Positions 49,700-59,463 of a stretch of 64,000 nucleotides of DNA are shown here, piece after piece. The stretch lies in NCBI GenBank assembly GCA_938048755.1, contig CALIUG010000081.1:271-64270 (forward strand), written 5' to 3'. The notes below the pieces were generated by a model. That model was not told where the DNA came from. It worked only from the letters and a program-made list of their open reading frames with translations, and ran no database searches. Both the position numbers and the translations under genes were made by a program. Positions within the stretch are counted from its first letter, which is position 1. Every line of letters begins with the position of its first letter. This DNA is from an uncultured Alphaproteobacteria bacterium. Its GTDB lineage: Bacteria; Pseudomonadota; Alphaproteobacteria; SP197.

Positions 49700-50554
49700 T
49701 TAAGCGCCCCCGGGACCGGAACCCAGATCGTCGTCCTCGGCCTCCTCGTCCTTCTTGTAGCGTTTGTCGAACTTGTCCGAGATGGCGGACATGTCGAGCA
49801 CAACGCATACATCGGTGGTGTTGAACTGGTAGTCGATCACCGCACCATCGCCAAAGCGGCAACCGGCCCTGGCATAGCCCTTGATCAGCGGCGGCAGACT
49901 GGAGCGTCCCTTGATGGCGTCGATCTCATCGGCGGGCAGCCGGTTCATGTCGACATAGAGGTCATCAAGGGCGCGCGGGCAGATTGCGGCCGGCGCCTGA
50001 AGATGATGGTGGAGATAGGAAAGCGGCCGTGCCAGTTCATCAGGATCGATGCCGTGCAGGCTGGCACAGCCGAACATGATGCGGATATCGTGCTGGTTGG
50101 CATAGGCACCCAGACCACGCAGCAGGGCCTGAACCGCCGCGCCGGCGCGATAGTTCATGTCGACGCAACTGCGGCCCAGTTCGACGAGCTCGCCTTCAAC
50201 GGCCAGCAGTTTGGATATGTCGTATTCGCCTGATGTGTAGAACTTGCCGAACTTCTCGGCGACAGAGCGGCGCAGCAGGCGATAGGTGCCGACAATGGCT
50301 TCGTCGCCCTCACGTTTGGTATCGCGCACGATGAGATGGTCGCAAACCTCGTCGAATTCATCGAAATCGCGCCCTTCGGCCTTCATGGAGCCGATCGGCT
50401 TGGCCTTCATCTCGTCATAGAAGACGCGGTAACGCAGCCTCTGGACGGCGCGAATCTCGGATTCGTCGCGCGCCAGGCGCAGTTCCAGGGGACCCAGCAT
50501 GATGCCGGTCTCCAGGGGGGCTGCCTCGCTGCTCGCCTCATGCATGGCCTGCAC
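49700..50554 (-). CDS. olsB: Ornithine-acyl-ACP N-acyltransferase (OlsB, GNAT family)
   Basis: QRLRYRVF..E, D.DEFD..CDHL, VGTYRL, ELGRSCV, FGCAS, LPPLIKGY, D.QFNTTDV. Confidence 0.85.
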   Translation of the reverse strand: MQAMHEASSEAAPLETGIMLGPLELRLARDESEIRAVQRLRYRVFYDEMKAKPIGSMKAEGRDFDEFDEVCDHLIVRDTKREGDEAIVGTYRLLRRSVAEKFGKFYTSGEYDISKLLAVEGELVELGRSCVDMNYRAGAAVQALLRGLGAYANQHDIRIMFGCASLHGIDPDELARPLSYLHHHLQAPAAICPRALDDLYVDMNRLPADEIDAIKGRSSLPPLIKGYARAGCRFGDGAVIDYQFNTTDVCVVLDMSAISDKFDKRYKKDEEAEDDDLGSGPGGA

Positions 50555-50560
50555 CCAAGA

Positions 50561-50986
50561 TCAGGAGTCCTTGGTCGGCTTCACGGCCTTGCCGTAAAGC
50601 TCGAGGCGATGGTCGACCAGGCGGAAGCCCAGGCGTTTGGCGATTTTCTCCTGCAGGGCTTCAAGTTCCTCGTCGAAAAACTCGATGACTTCGCCGGTGT
50701 CCAGATTGATCAGGTGATCGTGGTGTTCGTCTTCTTCGGTCGCTTCGTATCGCGCCCGGCCACCACCAAAGTCGTGACTTTGGATAATCTGGGAATCCTC
50801 GAACAGGCGCAGTGTGCGATAAACCGTTGCCAGACTGATCCGGTCATCCAGTGCCGAGGCCCTTCGGTAGACTTCTTCGACATCGGGATGGTCTTCGGAA
50901 TCCGACAGAACGCGGGCGATGACGCGCCGCTGTTCGGTCATCTTCAAACCCTTGTCGATACAAGCCTGTTCAATACGCGATGTCAT
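50561..50986 (-). CDS. fur: Fur/Mur-family metalloregulator
   Basis: MTEQRR, DHPDVEE, ISLATVYRT, HHDHLI, HRLELYG. Confidence 0.95.
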   Translation of the reverse strand: MTSRIEQACIDKGLKMTEQRRVIARVLSDSEDHPDVEEVYRRASALDDRISLATVYRTLRLFEDSQIIQSHDFGGGRARYEATEEDEHHDHLINLDTGEVIEFFDEELEALQEKIAKRLGFRLVDHRLELYGKAVKPTKDS

Positions 50987-51201
50987 GATGTCTGAATTTT
51001 AACCCGCAATTCACGCCAGCACCATGGCCCGCGCCGATCCCCGCCTCATCTTATAAGGCAAGAGCAGCTTCACATGTTTGCACCGGATCGCCAGCGATTC
51101 GGCGCAAACGGGATATGCTCCAGGAGATGGTTTCACCAAGGCCCCGTGGCAACCATATAATGCAAAAGCCCATTTGGGGCTTCTGTTTGCTGAAAGGTCC
51201 G

Positions 51202-51462
51202 ATGTTGAGCCAGAACACCGCGCATACCGACACCGACGTTTTCCTCGATATCACACCTGATGTCTGTCCGCTCACGTTCGTGAAAACCAAGATCGCGATC
51301 GAGAAGATGGCGGTGGGCGAAACGGTCGAGGTGCGTCTGAACGATGGTGAACCGCTCAAGAATGTGCCCCGTTCGGTCGAGGAGCATGGTCATCAGATCC
51401 TCTCCCTTGAGCAGGAGGAAGAGGGCTCGCAGGTCTGGCGTCTGGTGGTCAGGAAGGCCTAA
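51202..51462 (+). CDS. TusA-family sulfur carrier
   Basis: LDIT..VCPLTFVKTK (CPxP-like), GEPLKNVPRS. Confidence 0.88.
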   Translation: MLSQNTAHTDTDVFLDITPDVCPLTFVKTKIAIEKMAVGETVEVRLNDGEPLKNVPRSVEEHGHQILSLEQEEEGSQVWRLVVRKA

Positions 51463-52571
51463 CCAAGCGCGCGTGTCAGCGTGAGCGCATCGACGCTGTC
51501 TTGTTCGTTTTCGTAGTAGCCCTTGCGACGACCCGTCTGCTTGAAACCAGCCCGGGCATAAAGCGTGCGTGCGGCAAGGTTGTCCTCGGCAACCTCCAGA
51601 AACAGGTATCTGGCTCCGGCGCTGCGCACCCGGTCCGTGACGCCGGCCAGCAGGCGCGCGCCGATTCCCGACTTGCGTGCATCCTTAACGACACCGATGG
51701 AAAGCAGTTCGGCTTCGTCGGCGGTCTGGCGAACAAAGGCAAAGCCCCTTTCCTGTCCCCTGGGGTCGACGGCAACCAGCGCAAAACTGTTCTGGCGTTC
51801 CAGCACACGGCCGATGAAATCAGCGGCCCATGGCTCCCGGAAACAGCGCCCATGCAGCGCCGAAAGCCGCTGGCTCTCCCCCGCATTGGCCACGTGCAGC
51901 TTGACCGGTGCAAGTTCTCCCGGCCGCTTGGCATCGGCGGCGCGCAGATAGAGTGGCGCCGGAGGCGCTTTGGGAAACGCTTCGCTGTCGCGCCCAAAGC
52001 GCCGGATGGCCAGCGCGGCAACATCGCGCGCATCGGGTAGCCGCAGCGCGGCATCAACCACAACGCCGGCATGATCCGCAAAGGCATCGGCGCCACTGCC
52101 GACCGCCAGCCAGGCACCTTCGGCAAGGCGGCAATCGGCGCGTTCGGCAATCAGGGGCGGGGAAAGTGTTGCACCGTCCCGCGCAAAGGTCTGGAGATAG
52201 ATCTGACCCCGTCGTGCATCCAGGGCGACAGCCAGCGACCGCTCACCCAGTGTGTCTGCATCCAGGGATGCCGCGATGGTTTCATGGGTCGTGAAACCGG
52301 CAACCGGCAGGTCTGCAGCCAGCGCCAGGCCGCGTGCCGCGGCCAGACCCACACGCACACCGGCAAAGCTGCCGGGCCCCACGGTCACTGCAATCAGATC
52401 AAGCCCGTCGAACGGCAGGTCCGCGCGTGTCATGACTTCCAGAGCCATGGGAATCATGCGTTCGGCATGACCGCGGGTCATCGCTTCCCAACCGTTGGCC
52501 AGGACCGCTTCACCGTCACACACGGCCACGGAACAGGCCGCCAGGGTTGAATCAAGTGCCAGAACCTTCAT
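51459..52571 (-). CDS. tsaB: Fused TsaB (t6A biosynthesis) / RimI-like N-acetyltransferase
   Basis: N-term LALDS, GHAE, VGPGSFAGVRVG, DARRG, PLYLR; C-term W, DEAELLSIGV, LFLEVAEDN..A..LY...GF...GRRKGYY in one frame. Confidence 0.9.
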   Translation of the reverse strand: MKVLALDSTLAACSVAVCDGEAVLANGWEAMTRGHAERMIPMALEVMTRADLPFDGLDLIAVTVGPGSFAGVRVGLAAARGLALAADLPVAGFTTHETIAASLDADTLGERSLAVALDARRGQIYLQTFARDGATLSPPLIAERADCRLAEGAWLAVGSGADAFADHAGVVVDAALRLPDARDVAALAIRRFGRDSEAFPKAPPAPLYLRAADAKRPGELAPVKLHVANAGESQRLSALHGRCFREPWAADFIGRVLERQNSFALVAVDPRGQERGFAFVRQTADEAELLSIGVVKDARKSGIGARLLAGVTDRVRSAGARYLFLEVAEDNLAARTLYARAGFKQTGRRKGYYENEQDSVDALTLTRALG

Positions 52572-52624
52572 GGGATGCTGTGTGCCTGCGTGGTAACGTT
52601 GCCGTCAATCCGAGGGGATCCAAC

Positions 52625-53182
52625 ATGACACTGCTGGTCGAAATCAGCCCGCCCCGTTTCGACGTTGTTGTCGATCTTGTCTATGGCCATGACGACAACT
52701 TCATGGGGCAAGCCATCTATGCCAACCCGCGCTGTTTTCTCCATGCCGATGCTGCAGCCTGTCTGGAGCTTGCGGTGGGTTACGCCGCCGAACAGGACCT
52801 GCGCCTGAAGATCACCGATGCCTTCCGCCCCTCGGAAGCACAATGGGCCTTGTGGAACCACACGCCCGACTCCGACTATGTCGCCGATCCCCGTCGTGGC
52901 TCGCCCCACAGCCGGGGTGTCGCGGTCGATGTCACCCTGCTGGATGCCGACGGGTGCGAGATCGACATGGGTGGCCCGGTCGATGATCTCACCGCCAACG
53001 GTCATCATGATGCGGTTGGTATCACGCCGGCTCAGCGCGCCAACCGTTTCCTGCTGCTGGGCATCATGACGGCGGCGGGATTTGACTGGTACGTCAACGA
53101 ATGGTGGCACTATCAGCTCTTCACACCGCGCCGCTATCCCGTGCTCAGCGATCGCGCGGCAGGCACGGGCATGATGGCCTAA
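52625..53182 (+). CDS. ddpX: D-alanyl-D-alanine dipeptidase (VanX/DdpX)
   Basis: DAFRP, GSPHSRGVAVDVTL, EWWHY. Confidence 0.93.
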   Translation: MTLLVEISPPRFDVVVDLVYGHDDNFMGQAIYANPRCFLHADAAACLELAVGYAAEQDLRLKITDAFRPSEAQWALWNHTPDSDYVADPRRGSPHSRGVAVDVTLLDADGCEIDMGGPVDDLTANGHHDAVGITPAQRANRFLLLGIMTAAGFDWYVNEWWHYQLFTPRRYPVLSDRAAGTGMMA

Positions 53183-53193
53183 CGGTGCCAGCA

Positions 53194-53778
53194 TCAGACA
53201 ATCTCGCAGGCCTCGTCAAACGCGAATCGATAGGCACGCGGGTCCAGACCCGTGCGGTCGCCATAGCCCAGATTGACCAGGAAATTGCTTTTGTAGCTGG
53301 TGCCCTCAAAAAACGCCTTGTCCACGCCGTCGCCGTCAAAGCCTGACATGGGGCCACAGTCCAGGCCCAGTGCGCGGGCGGCCAGGATGAAGTAGGCGCC
53401 CTGCAGGGTGGCGTTGCGGAACGCGGTTTCCTGGGCCAGTTCCGCGCTGGATGTGAACCAGGAAACGGCCTCTTCCATGAATAGTCGCGGCAAATGCTCG
53501 TAGAACTTTGTGTCATAGGCCAGTATGGAGACCACGGGGGCTGCCATGGTCTGTTCAACATTGGCCGACATGAGATGGGGTTCGAGCCGTGCCTTGGCGG
53601 CATCGCTGACGACAAAGGTGACACGCATGGGTGAACAGTTCGCGCTTGTCGGGCCCATCCGGGCGAGATCCCACAGCGCTTCGAGTGTTTCCCGGCTGAC
53701 CTTGCGGTCCTGCCAGCGCGATACCGTGCGCGCCTCGCGAAAGAGGAGATCAAGGGCCTTGTCGTCAAGCGTGTCCAT
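53194..53778 (-). CDS. Nitroreductase family, RutE-like malonic semialdehyde reductase
   Basis: [52 protein letters not shown]. Confidence 0.9.
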   Translation of the reverse strand: MDTLDDKALDLLFREARTVSRWQDRKVSRETLEALWDLARMGPTSANCSPMRVTFVVSDAAKARLEPHLMSANVEQTMAAPVVSILAYDTKFYEHLPRLFMEEAVSWFTSSAELAQETAFRNATLQGAYFILAARALGLDCGPMSGFDGDGVDKAFFEGTSYKSNFLVNLGYGDRTGLDPRAYRFAFDEACEIV

Positions 53779-54850
53779 GGCGGAGTTCCTGCGCGCGCGT
53801 ATCGTGGGCTGGCTGACAGGTGTAACGCTCGCCCTGGGCACTGTCATCCCTGCGGTACCGGCGGTTCATGCGCAAGTCGTTGCGGAGCCCGCCTCGGCCG
53901 TGGTCCTGATGTATCACCGGTTCGGCGATGAGGGTGTGCCCTCGACCAACATCCGGCTCGACCAGTTCGAAGCGCACATCGCAACCCTGACCGACGGGCG
54001 TTACAACGTCCTGCCGCTCGAAGAGATTGTCGACGCGCTCGCTGCAGGTACATCCCTGCCCGACCGTACCATCGCCATCACCATCGATGATACCTACCGG
54101 TCCACCTTTACTCAGGCGTTTCCGCGACTGCAGGCAGCGGGCCTGCCGTTCACCCTGTTCGTCAATACCGATTCGGTTGGTCAGGTCGCCGGTGCCCTCA
54201 GCTGGGATGAGATTCGCACGATGGTCGAAGCCGGCGTCACAATCGGTGCCCATAGTGCCGCCCATGGCCACATGGCCTTCATGGACCGTGGCACCATGGA
54301 GCAGGATCTGGCGCGCATGACCTCGACCTTCCTGCGCGAACTGGGTTTCGTGCCGCGCCTCTTTGCCTATCCCTATGGCGAATACAGTGCCGAACTGGTC
54401 GCGATGATCGAAAACGCCGGTTATGCCGCCGCCTTCGGCCAGCATTCCGGGGCTGTTGCAGCCGGCGCCAATCGTTACACGCTGCCGCGTTTTGCGCTCA
54501 ACGAACGGTATGGCGAGCCTGATCGTTTTGCGACCATCGTCGATACTCTGGCGTTCCCGGTGCGCGACATCATGCCCGAAGACATGCCGATCCGCGGTTC
54601 GGGCAGCGCCAACCCGCCGTCCATCGGCTTCACCGCCGACGAATCCGTGGGCTCCCTCCACCGACTGGCCTGTTTTGCCTCCAACGATGCGAATGTCGAT
54701 CTGGAACTGCTGGGCGATCGCCATGTCGAGGTCCGGCTCGACCGGCCCTTCGGCCCTGGCCGCAGCCGTCTCAACTGCACGCTTCCGACACCGGACGGCC
54801 GCTTCCGCTGGCTGGGCCTGCCGTTCCTCGTGCCCGGAGGTGTTGAATGA
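53777..54850 (+). CDS. Secreted polysaccharide deacetylase (CE4/NodB family)
   Basis: Signal peptide, VLMYHRF, ITIDD, GAHS..H, FAYPYGE, AFGQHSG, LPRF, GRSR.NCT. Confidence 0.9.
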   Translation: MAEFLRARIVGWLTGVTLALGTVIPAVPAVHAQVVAEPASAVVLMYHRFGDEGVPSTNIRLDQFEAHIATLTDGRYNVLPLEEIVDALAAGTSLPDRTIAITIDDTYRSTFTQAFPRLQAAGLPFTLFVNTDSVGQVAGALSWDEIRTMVEAGVTIGAHSAAHGHMAFMDRGTMEQDLARMTSTFLRELGFVPRLFAYPYGEYSAELVAMIENAGYAAAFGQHSGAVAAGANRYTLPRFALNERYGEPDRFATIVDTLAFPVRDIMPEDMPIRGSGSANPPSIGFTADESVGSLHRLACFASNDANVDLELLGDRHVEVRLDRPFGPGRSRLNCTLPTPDGRFRWLGLPFLVPGGVE

Positions 54851-55407
54851 GCTTTCGCAAGTGCCGCTCGTATGAGGAGCGCCGCAGCGACAGCACATTC
54901 GTGACGTCCGGCGAACTGAGGCTTTTTCTGCTTCTGACATTTCTAGCGGCGTTGGCCCTGAACGGAGTGTCGGGACGTTATGCGGTCGGGATGATCGCGA
55001 TCGTCCTTTTTGCGATCCCGTACTTTTTTCTCTTTGTGTTCTTCTGGTATGCGACCCGATCGTTCATCGCTGCCGTACTGGCCAGCGGCGTTCTATGCAT
55101 GGTTCTGATGGTTGCGGTGCAGGCTGGAGTTGCCGAGTCGGGCAATGCAACCGTGAACAGTCTTGGTGTGACCATCTTCAAGGATGGCAGCATCACCCGT
55201 GGCGGAATTCTTGCGCTCGCTGAGCGATACGCAGCGTTCGCCATGATCTGGGCTCTGGCGATATACATCACCCTTCGTGCCACGCCGACCTTCAACGCAG
55301 CGCGAGTTGGCAGATGGGCCGGTCAGAGAGCCAGGTCAGCCAGGCGGGCGTTGTCGAAATCGGTGAGTTTGTTGAAGCGGATGACCGAGCGCACCAGTTC
55401 GATGTAG
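54847..55407 (+). CDS. Hypothetical membrane protein
   Basis: About four hydrophobic segments; ATGA overlap with the deacetylase; 3' end overlaps the convergent gene by 85 bp. Confidence 0.6.
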   Translation: MSFRKCRSYEERRSDSTFVTSGELRLFLLLTFLAALALNGVSGRYAVGMIAIVLFAIPYFFLFVFFWYATRSFIAAVLASGVLCMVLMVAVQAGVAESGNATVNSLGVTIFKDGSITRGGILALAERYAAFAMIWALAIYITLRATPTFNAARVGRWAGQRARSARRALSKSVSLLKRMTERTSSM

Positions 55408-56273
55408 TCGGGCTCCTCGGCGTAATCGTCCAGACCGGCGGCCAGGGTCCAGCCGTCCAGCGGCAGATTTTCGCTGTGGAGTGCGGTGCGGATCTGGCGC
55501 AGGTGGCGATAGGCGCTGTGGCGGTTCAGGTTGACGAGGTAGGCCAGCACGGAATCCTTCAGGCCATCGAACGACTTCACGACATGGGTTTCATCGGAAC
55601 GGCGCGCTTCGGGCACGATGCCGTCGTCTTCATCCCACGAGCGCTGACCGAACACGGCATTGCCCTCATGGGCAAAACGCGACGTGCCCCAGCCTGATTC
55701 CAGCGCGGCCTGGGCCAGTACCAGCGAGGGTGGAATGACATCGACGCGCGCAACCAGCGTGTCGAGATCGGCGTCGTCGACATAGTAGAGCTCGGCAAGC
55801 TCGTTGAGCCATGCCAGGTCCTCGGCGGAAAGTTCCTGACCCATGTCGAGCGTCGACTTGAGATAGAGCAGGTGCACACGGTCTTCGAGGATGTTCTCGT
55901 TGGCTGCCAGCACCAGCGGCAGCATGACCATGATGAAGATGCGCTTCTTCTCGGCCACCTGATCGATCTCGGCCATGTCCTGGGGCATGGCCGTGGGGTA
56001 GAGGCGCGGCACCAGGGCGTCACCCTCGCGCACGCTGGCAACCTGGAATCCGGCTTCGGAGAGAATCTGGTCCACGGTCTCTGCGTCCGAGGCCGGCAGC
56101 AACCCTGATTCTGCAACAACCTCGGACGTCTCGGTCACGGGCTCCATGGCGATGACCGCACGGGGCGAGACAGCGGAGCTGGTGCCGGTCTCGTCGGCTG
56201 TGTCAGCCAGTGCGCCATGAGTCAGAAACGCTGTGGTCAGCAGGACCACAGACCTGGAAAGTTTGACAGACAT
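55323..56273 (-). CDS. Glucosaminidase-domain (Bax-like, GH73) protein
   Basis: Signal peptide, KK..F....LPL....N, AQAALESGWGTSRFA.EGNA.FG, Y..NLNRH.AY. Confidence 0.9.
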   Translation of the reverse strand: MSVKLSRSVVLLTTAFLTHGALADTADETGTSSAVSPRAVIAMEPVTETSEVVAESGLLPASDAETVDQILSEAGFQVASVREGDALVPRLYPTAMPQDMAEIDQVAEKKRIFIMVMLPLVLAANENILEDRVHLLYLKSTLDMGQELSAEDLAWLNELAELYYVDDADLDTLVARVDVIPPSLVLAQAALESGWGTSRFAHEGNAVFGQRSWDEDDGIVPEARRSDETHVVKSFDGLKDSVLAYLVNLNRHSAYRHLRQIRTALHSENLPLDGWTLAAGLDDYAEEPDYIELVRSVIRFNKLTDFDNARLADLAL

Positions 56274-56344
56274 AAAAGGAGGCTCCCTTTGAACCACCGT
56301 TGATCGCCGCCACCCCTGTCCTCCGAAGGAACGGCAGGTTCGCC

Positions 56345-56899
56345 CTACATAACGGGGCGAACTTCGACCACTTCGGGGATGTAATGTTTCAGAAGATTCT
56401 CGATGCCCATTTTTAGGGTCATTGTCGAACTGGGGCAGCCCTGACAGGCGCCCTGCATGGTGAGGTGGACGATACCGTCCTGGTAGGAGCGGAAGACAAT
56501 ATCCCCGCCGTCCTGGGCAACGGCCGGACGCACGCGGGTATCGAGCAGTTCCTTGATCTGGCCTACGACTTCGGCATCGGCTTCGCCAAAGCTCTCTTCG
56601 GCGGCTTCGCTGTCGCCTTCGATGACCGGACGGCCTGCGATGAAGTGCTCCATGATCACGCCCAGAATGGCGGGTTTCATGAGCTGCCAGTCACCGCCTT
56701 CGCTTTTGGTCACCGAAACAAAGTCGGACCCCAGGAACACGCCCTCGACCTCGGCCACATCAAACAGGCGATGGGCCAGGGGTGAACGCTCTGCGGCTTC
56801 CTGGTTGGAAAAATCGGCCGTTCCGGAGGTCATCACGGCCTTGCCCGGCAGAAACTTCAGGGTCAACGGGTTGGGCGTATCTTCGGTCTGGATGAACAT
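56345..56899 (-). CDS. nfuA: NifU/NfuA-like Fe-S scaffold
   Basis: MFIQTE.TPNP.TLKFLPG, RVRPAVAQDGGDI, GACQGCPSS. Confidence 0.93.
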   Translation of the reverse strand: MFIQTEDTPNPLTLKFLPGKAVMTSGTADFSNQEAAERSPLAHRLFDVAEVEGVFLGSDFVSVTKSEGGDWQLMKPAILGVIMEHFIAGRPVIEGDSEAAEESFGEADAEVVGQIKELLDTRVRPAVAQDGGDIVFRSYQDGIVHLTMQGACQGCPSSTMTLKMGIENLLKHYIPEVVEVRPVM

Positions 56900-56990
56900 G
56901 GTGCTCTCCGTTCCTTCCGGTCGCTTGGACCGCTGCGCATCAGGTGATCGCCAGCGCTGGCGTATGGCAAATGCCACGAACGTGGCCCTT

Positions 56991-57018
56991 ACATAGTGAT
57001 CGTGGTCACAGGGTCAAG
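56991..57018 (-). promoter_or_regulatory. Putative RpoH-type promoter of the NfuA-like gene
   Basis: Minus strand CTTG-N17-ACTATGT versus the alphaproteobacterial RpoH consensus CTTG-N17-CYTATNT. Confidence 0.5.
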
Positions 57019-57064
57019 GCCCCACGTGTGGATGCATGGGAGCTATGCGCGAGCCGGGATGCTC

Positions 57065-57571
57065 TCAGGTAATGTTGATGATCTTCTCGTCGGTCAGGCT
57101 GCCCGGCACGATGACCAGCGGAATCGAGAGACGTCCGGCAAGATTGCCGGCCAGAAAGCCCACCAGCTTGCCTTTGCCGTCGGCGGGATTGGAGCCGATG
57201 CACAGAAGATCGATGCTGGGATCTTCATCGACGGCACCCAGAATCTCGTCGCCGATGCGGCCCTCGCGCATCAGGAGTTCAGGCATGACGCCAGCCCAGC
57301 CGTTGACGTCGGCGGCCAGTTCCTGGAGCAGGGCTTCAGCTTCTTCGCGGCGTTCCTCACGCATCATTTCCTCGACACCAGACCACTGGCGAAAGTCCAC
57401 GGGCTGGATGATGTGGAGCAAGGCGACGCGCCCATTGGTGTTCTTGGCCCGGCGGCAGGCAAAGTGCACGGCAACGCGGCTGGGCGGTGAGCCATCGACG
57501 CAGACCAGGAACTTCACCTGTCCGGCGACATGTTCACTGGGCGCATTGGTACTGTCGGATTGCTCGCTCAT
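57065..57571 (-). CDS. Universal stress protein
   Basis: KFLVCVDGS, RRAK.T.G, IPLVIVPG.L. Confidence 0.92.
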   Translation of the reverse strand: MSEQSDSTNAPSEHVAGQVKFLVCVDGSPPSRVAVHFACRRAKNTNGRVALLHIIQPVDFRQWSGVEEMMREERREEAEALLQELAADVNGWAGVMPELLMREGRIGDEILGAVDEDPSIDLLCIGSNPADGKGKLVGFLAGNLAGRLSIPLVIVPGSLTDEKIINIT

Positions 57572-57650
57572 GGTTCTCCATTACACGCTTGTTTGCCGCG
57601 CCCGTTCGGCGCCTCGGCTTGCCGGCTCTTACCGGTCTGTGGCGTTTGGA

Positions 57651-58400
57651 TCAGGGACGCCGGAACATCAGATTGCCCAACAAGCCTGCCATCACTGCAC
57701 CCAGCACTGCAAGGATGCCGTGAAGTGTGCCGTCTTCGTATGCGAATTCGTACAAGTCCGCTCCGAATCCACCCTTGCCCACCTCCAGGGGTGACGTCTG
57801 GGCTCCAACCACCTGGCCGTCGCGAATCAGGAAACTCTGGACCAGATAGGAGCCCACCGGCACATCGGCCGGGAAGGGAATCTTGACCCTGAAAAGTCGA
57901 CCACCGAACACATTGATGTGCAGAGGCGCTTCCGGATATAGACCATTCGCTTGCTTGAGGCCGATCAGTGCGGCCAGAAACTCCGTTTCTTCGGTCTCGT
58001 CGACGTCGTCCTCAGCATCGACCCGGAGTCCCGCAAGGCCGATTTCGTAAAGCCGCAGTTGATCGGGTGTCGCAAGTTCTTCAAGCGGGTTGGTTGAGGC
58101 CACAGCGTAAAAGGCCGGCACGTTGCGGAACTCAGCCGATTCCGCATTGATCCAGATTCCGAAGACACGGTCCTTCTTGCGCACCACAACATTGTCGCGC
58201 GGGCCGGTCACCACAACGATGACATCGCCACCGCCTTCAATGGCGCCAAAGACCAGGAGCTCCGTGCCCTTGAAGTCCGATGTGATGGAGATGCGATGAT
58301 TGGACAGATCGGCAATGAGGTCCTGTGCCGTGGCCGGGCGCATGGCCAACGCCAGGATCGCCAGCGCGATCGACAAGGCAGCAAGGCGGGGCCGGATCAA
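57651..58400 (-). CDS. TIGR02186-family membrane protein
   Basis: I.ITS.F.G.ELL.FGAI, VRKK.R.FGIWIN, P.FYAVAS, C-terminal TM. Confidence 0.88.
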   Translation of the reverse strand: MIRPRLAALSIALAILALAMRPATAQDLIADLSNHRISITSDFKGTELLVFGAIEGGGDVIVVVTGPRDNVVVRKKDRVFGIWINAESAEFRNVPAFYAVASTNPLEELATPDQLRLYEIGLAGLRVDAEDDVDETEETEFLAALIGLKQANGLYPEAPLHINVFGGRLFRVKIPFPADVPVGSYLVQSFLIRDGQVVGAQTSPLEVGKGGFGADLYEFAYEDGTLHGILAVLGAVMAGLLGNLMFRRP

Positions 58401-59320
58401 TGGAGCCCCACCACGGAAAGGCTGAACAGATTGGAAGGCTCACTGATCAGGCGCCACAGCAGCGTCCCACAAACGCCCAGCACGACCAGAGCCAGCAGCC
58501 CGCGCAGTTCCTCGCCACGCAGTTCCGCGCCGACGCGCGTACCGAACTGCGCGCCGATCACCGCGCCAAGGGTCAGCAGGCCGGCCAGAACGACATCGAC
58601 GGTCTGGGTGTTGGCCGAATGCAGAATGGTCGCCACGGCCGTGACGAAGGTGATCTGGAAGAGCGAGGTGCCGATCACCACGCTGACCGGCATGCCCAGC
58701 AGATAGATCATCGCCGGTACCAGCAGGAAACCACCGCCGACACCCATGATCGAGGCAAGCACGCCGACAAAGAAACCCAAGCCGATTGGGAGGATGGCGC
58801 TGATATAGAGGCGCGAGGTGCGGAAGCGCATCTTGAAGGGCAGGCCGTGGGCCCAGTTGTGGACATGCGCCTTTTTGCGGGCCGTGGATCCGCCGCGCCG
58901 CCGCAGGATGGCACGCACCGATTCCACCATCATCAGGGTGCCGATCGACCCCAGCATGAAGACATAGGAAATCGAGATGACCAGGTCGATCTGGCCCAGT
59001 TGGCGCAGGATATCGAAGAGCCAGACACCAAAGGCAGAGCCCAGGGTGCCGCCGGCCAGCAGCACGACGCCCATCTTGAAATCAACCTGGCGTCGGCGCC
59101 AATGGGCCATGAAGCCGGAGACCGATGCAGCCACGACCTGGTTGACTTCCGAGCCCACCGCGACAGGCGGTGGGACGCCGATGAAGATCAGCAGCGGAGT
59201 CATCAGGAAACCGCCTCCGACGCCGAACAGGCCGGACAGAAAGCCGACCATGCCACCCATGCCCAGCAGCAGGAAAATGTCGACGGACATCTCTGCGATG
59301 GGCAGGTAGATCTGGAACAT
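58397..59320 (-). CDS. TauE/SafE (TSUP) family transporter
   Basis: IYLPIAE, SGLFGVGGGFLMTP, GVGGGF..VP, GTSLFQ. Confidence 0.93.
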   Translation of the reverse strand: MFQIYLPIAEMSVDIFLLLGMGGMVGFLSGLFGVGGGFLMTPLLIFIGVPPPVAVGSEVNQVVAASVSGFMAHWRRRQVDFKMGVVLLAGGTLGSAFGVWLFDILRQLGQIDLVISISYVFMLGSIGTLMMVESVRAILRRRGGSTARKKAHVHNWAHGLPFKMRFRTSRLYISAILPIGLGFFVGVLASIMGVGGGFLLVPAMIYLLGMPVSVVIGTSLFQITFVTAVATILHSANTQTVDVVLAGLLTLGAVIGAQFGTRVGAELRGEELRGLLALVVLGVCGTLLWRLISEPSNLFSLSVVGLH

Positions 59321-59463
59321 GGGCTAACCGGCGCGTTGGAGCTGAAGGTTATCTTTTGCGCCTGCAACGGGCGCGCGACAAGGTTTAACCGGCAATTTCA
59401 GCCCTGGTCCGGCAAGATTCACGCAATTGGCTGCGCAAACATGATCATGACGCTGCTGCACGG

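Noticed and set aside
50999-51014. CtrA-like TTAA-N7-TTCA upstream of fur (and TTAA-N7-TTTC at 59385 upstream of the TauE gene)
   Set aside because: One to two mismatches in short AT-rich motifs; cannot be distinguished from chance without ChIP or conservation data
40553-57571. Possible inversion of the USP...trmB block relative to trpS
   Set aside because: I recall a trpS-USP-nifU order in rhizobia, but TauE-TIGR02186-USP-nifU also seems a conserved order, so no breakpoint can be inferred without comparative genomes
51202-59320. TusA and TauE/SafE genes as sulfur suppliers for the sulfotransferase array
   Set aside because: Both are common housekeeping neighbours, 13-20 kb away; they handle persulfide or sulfite rather than PAPS, and no cysDNC is in the window
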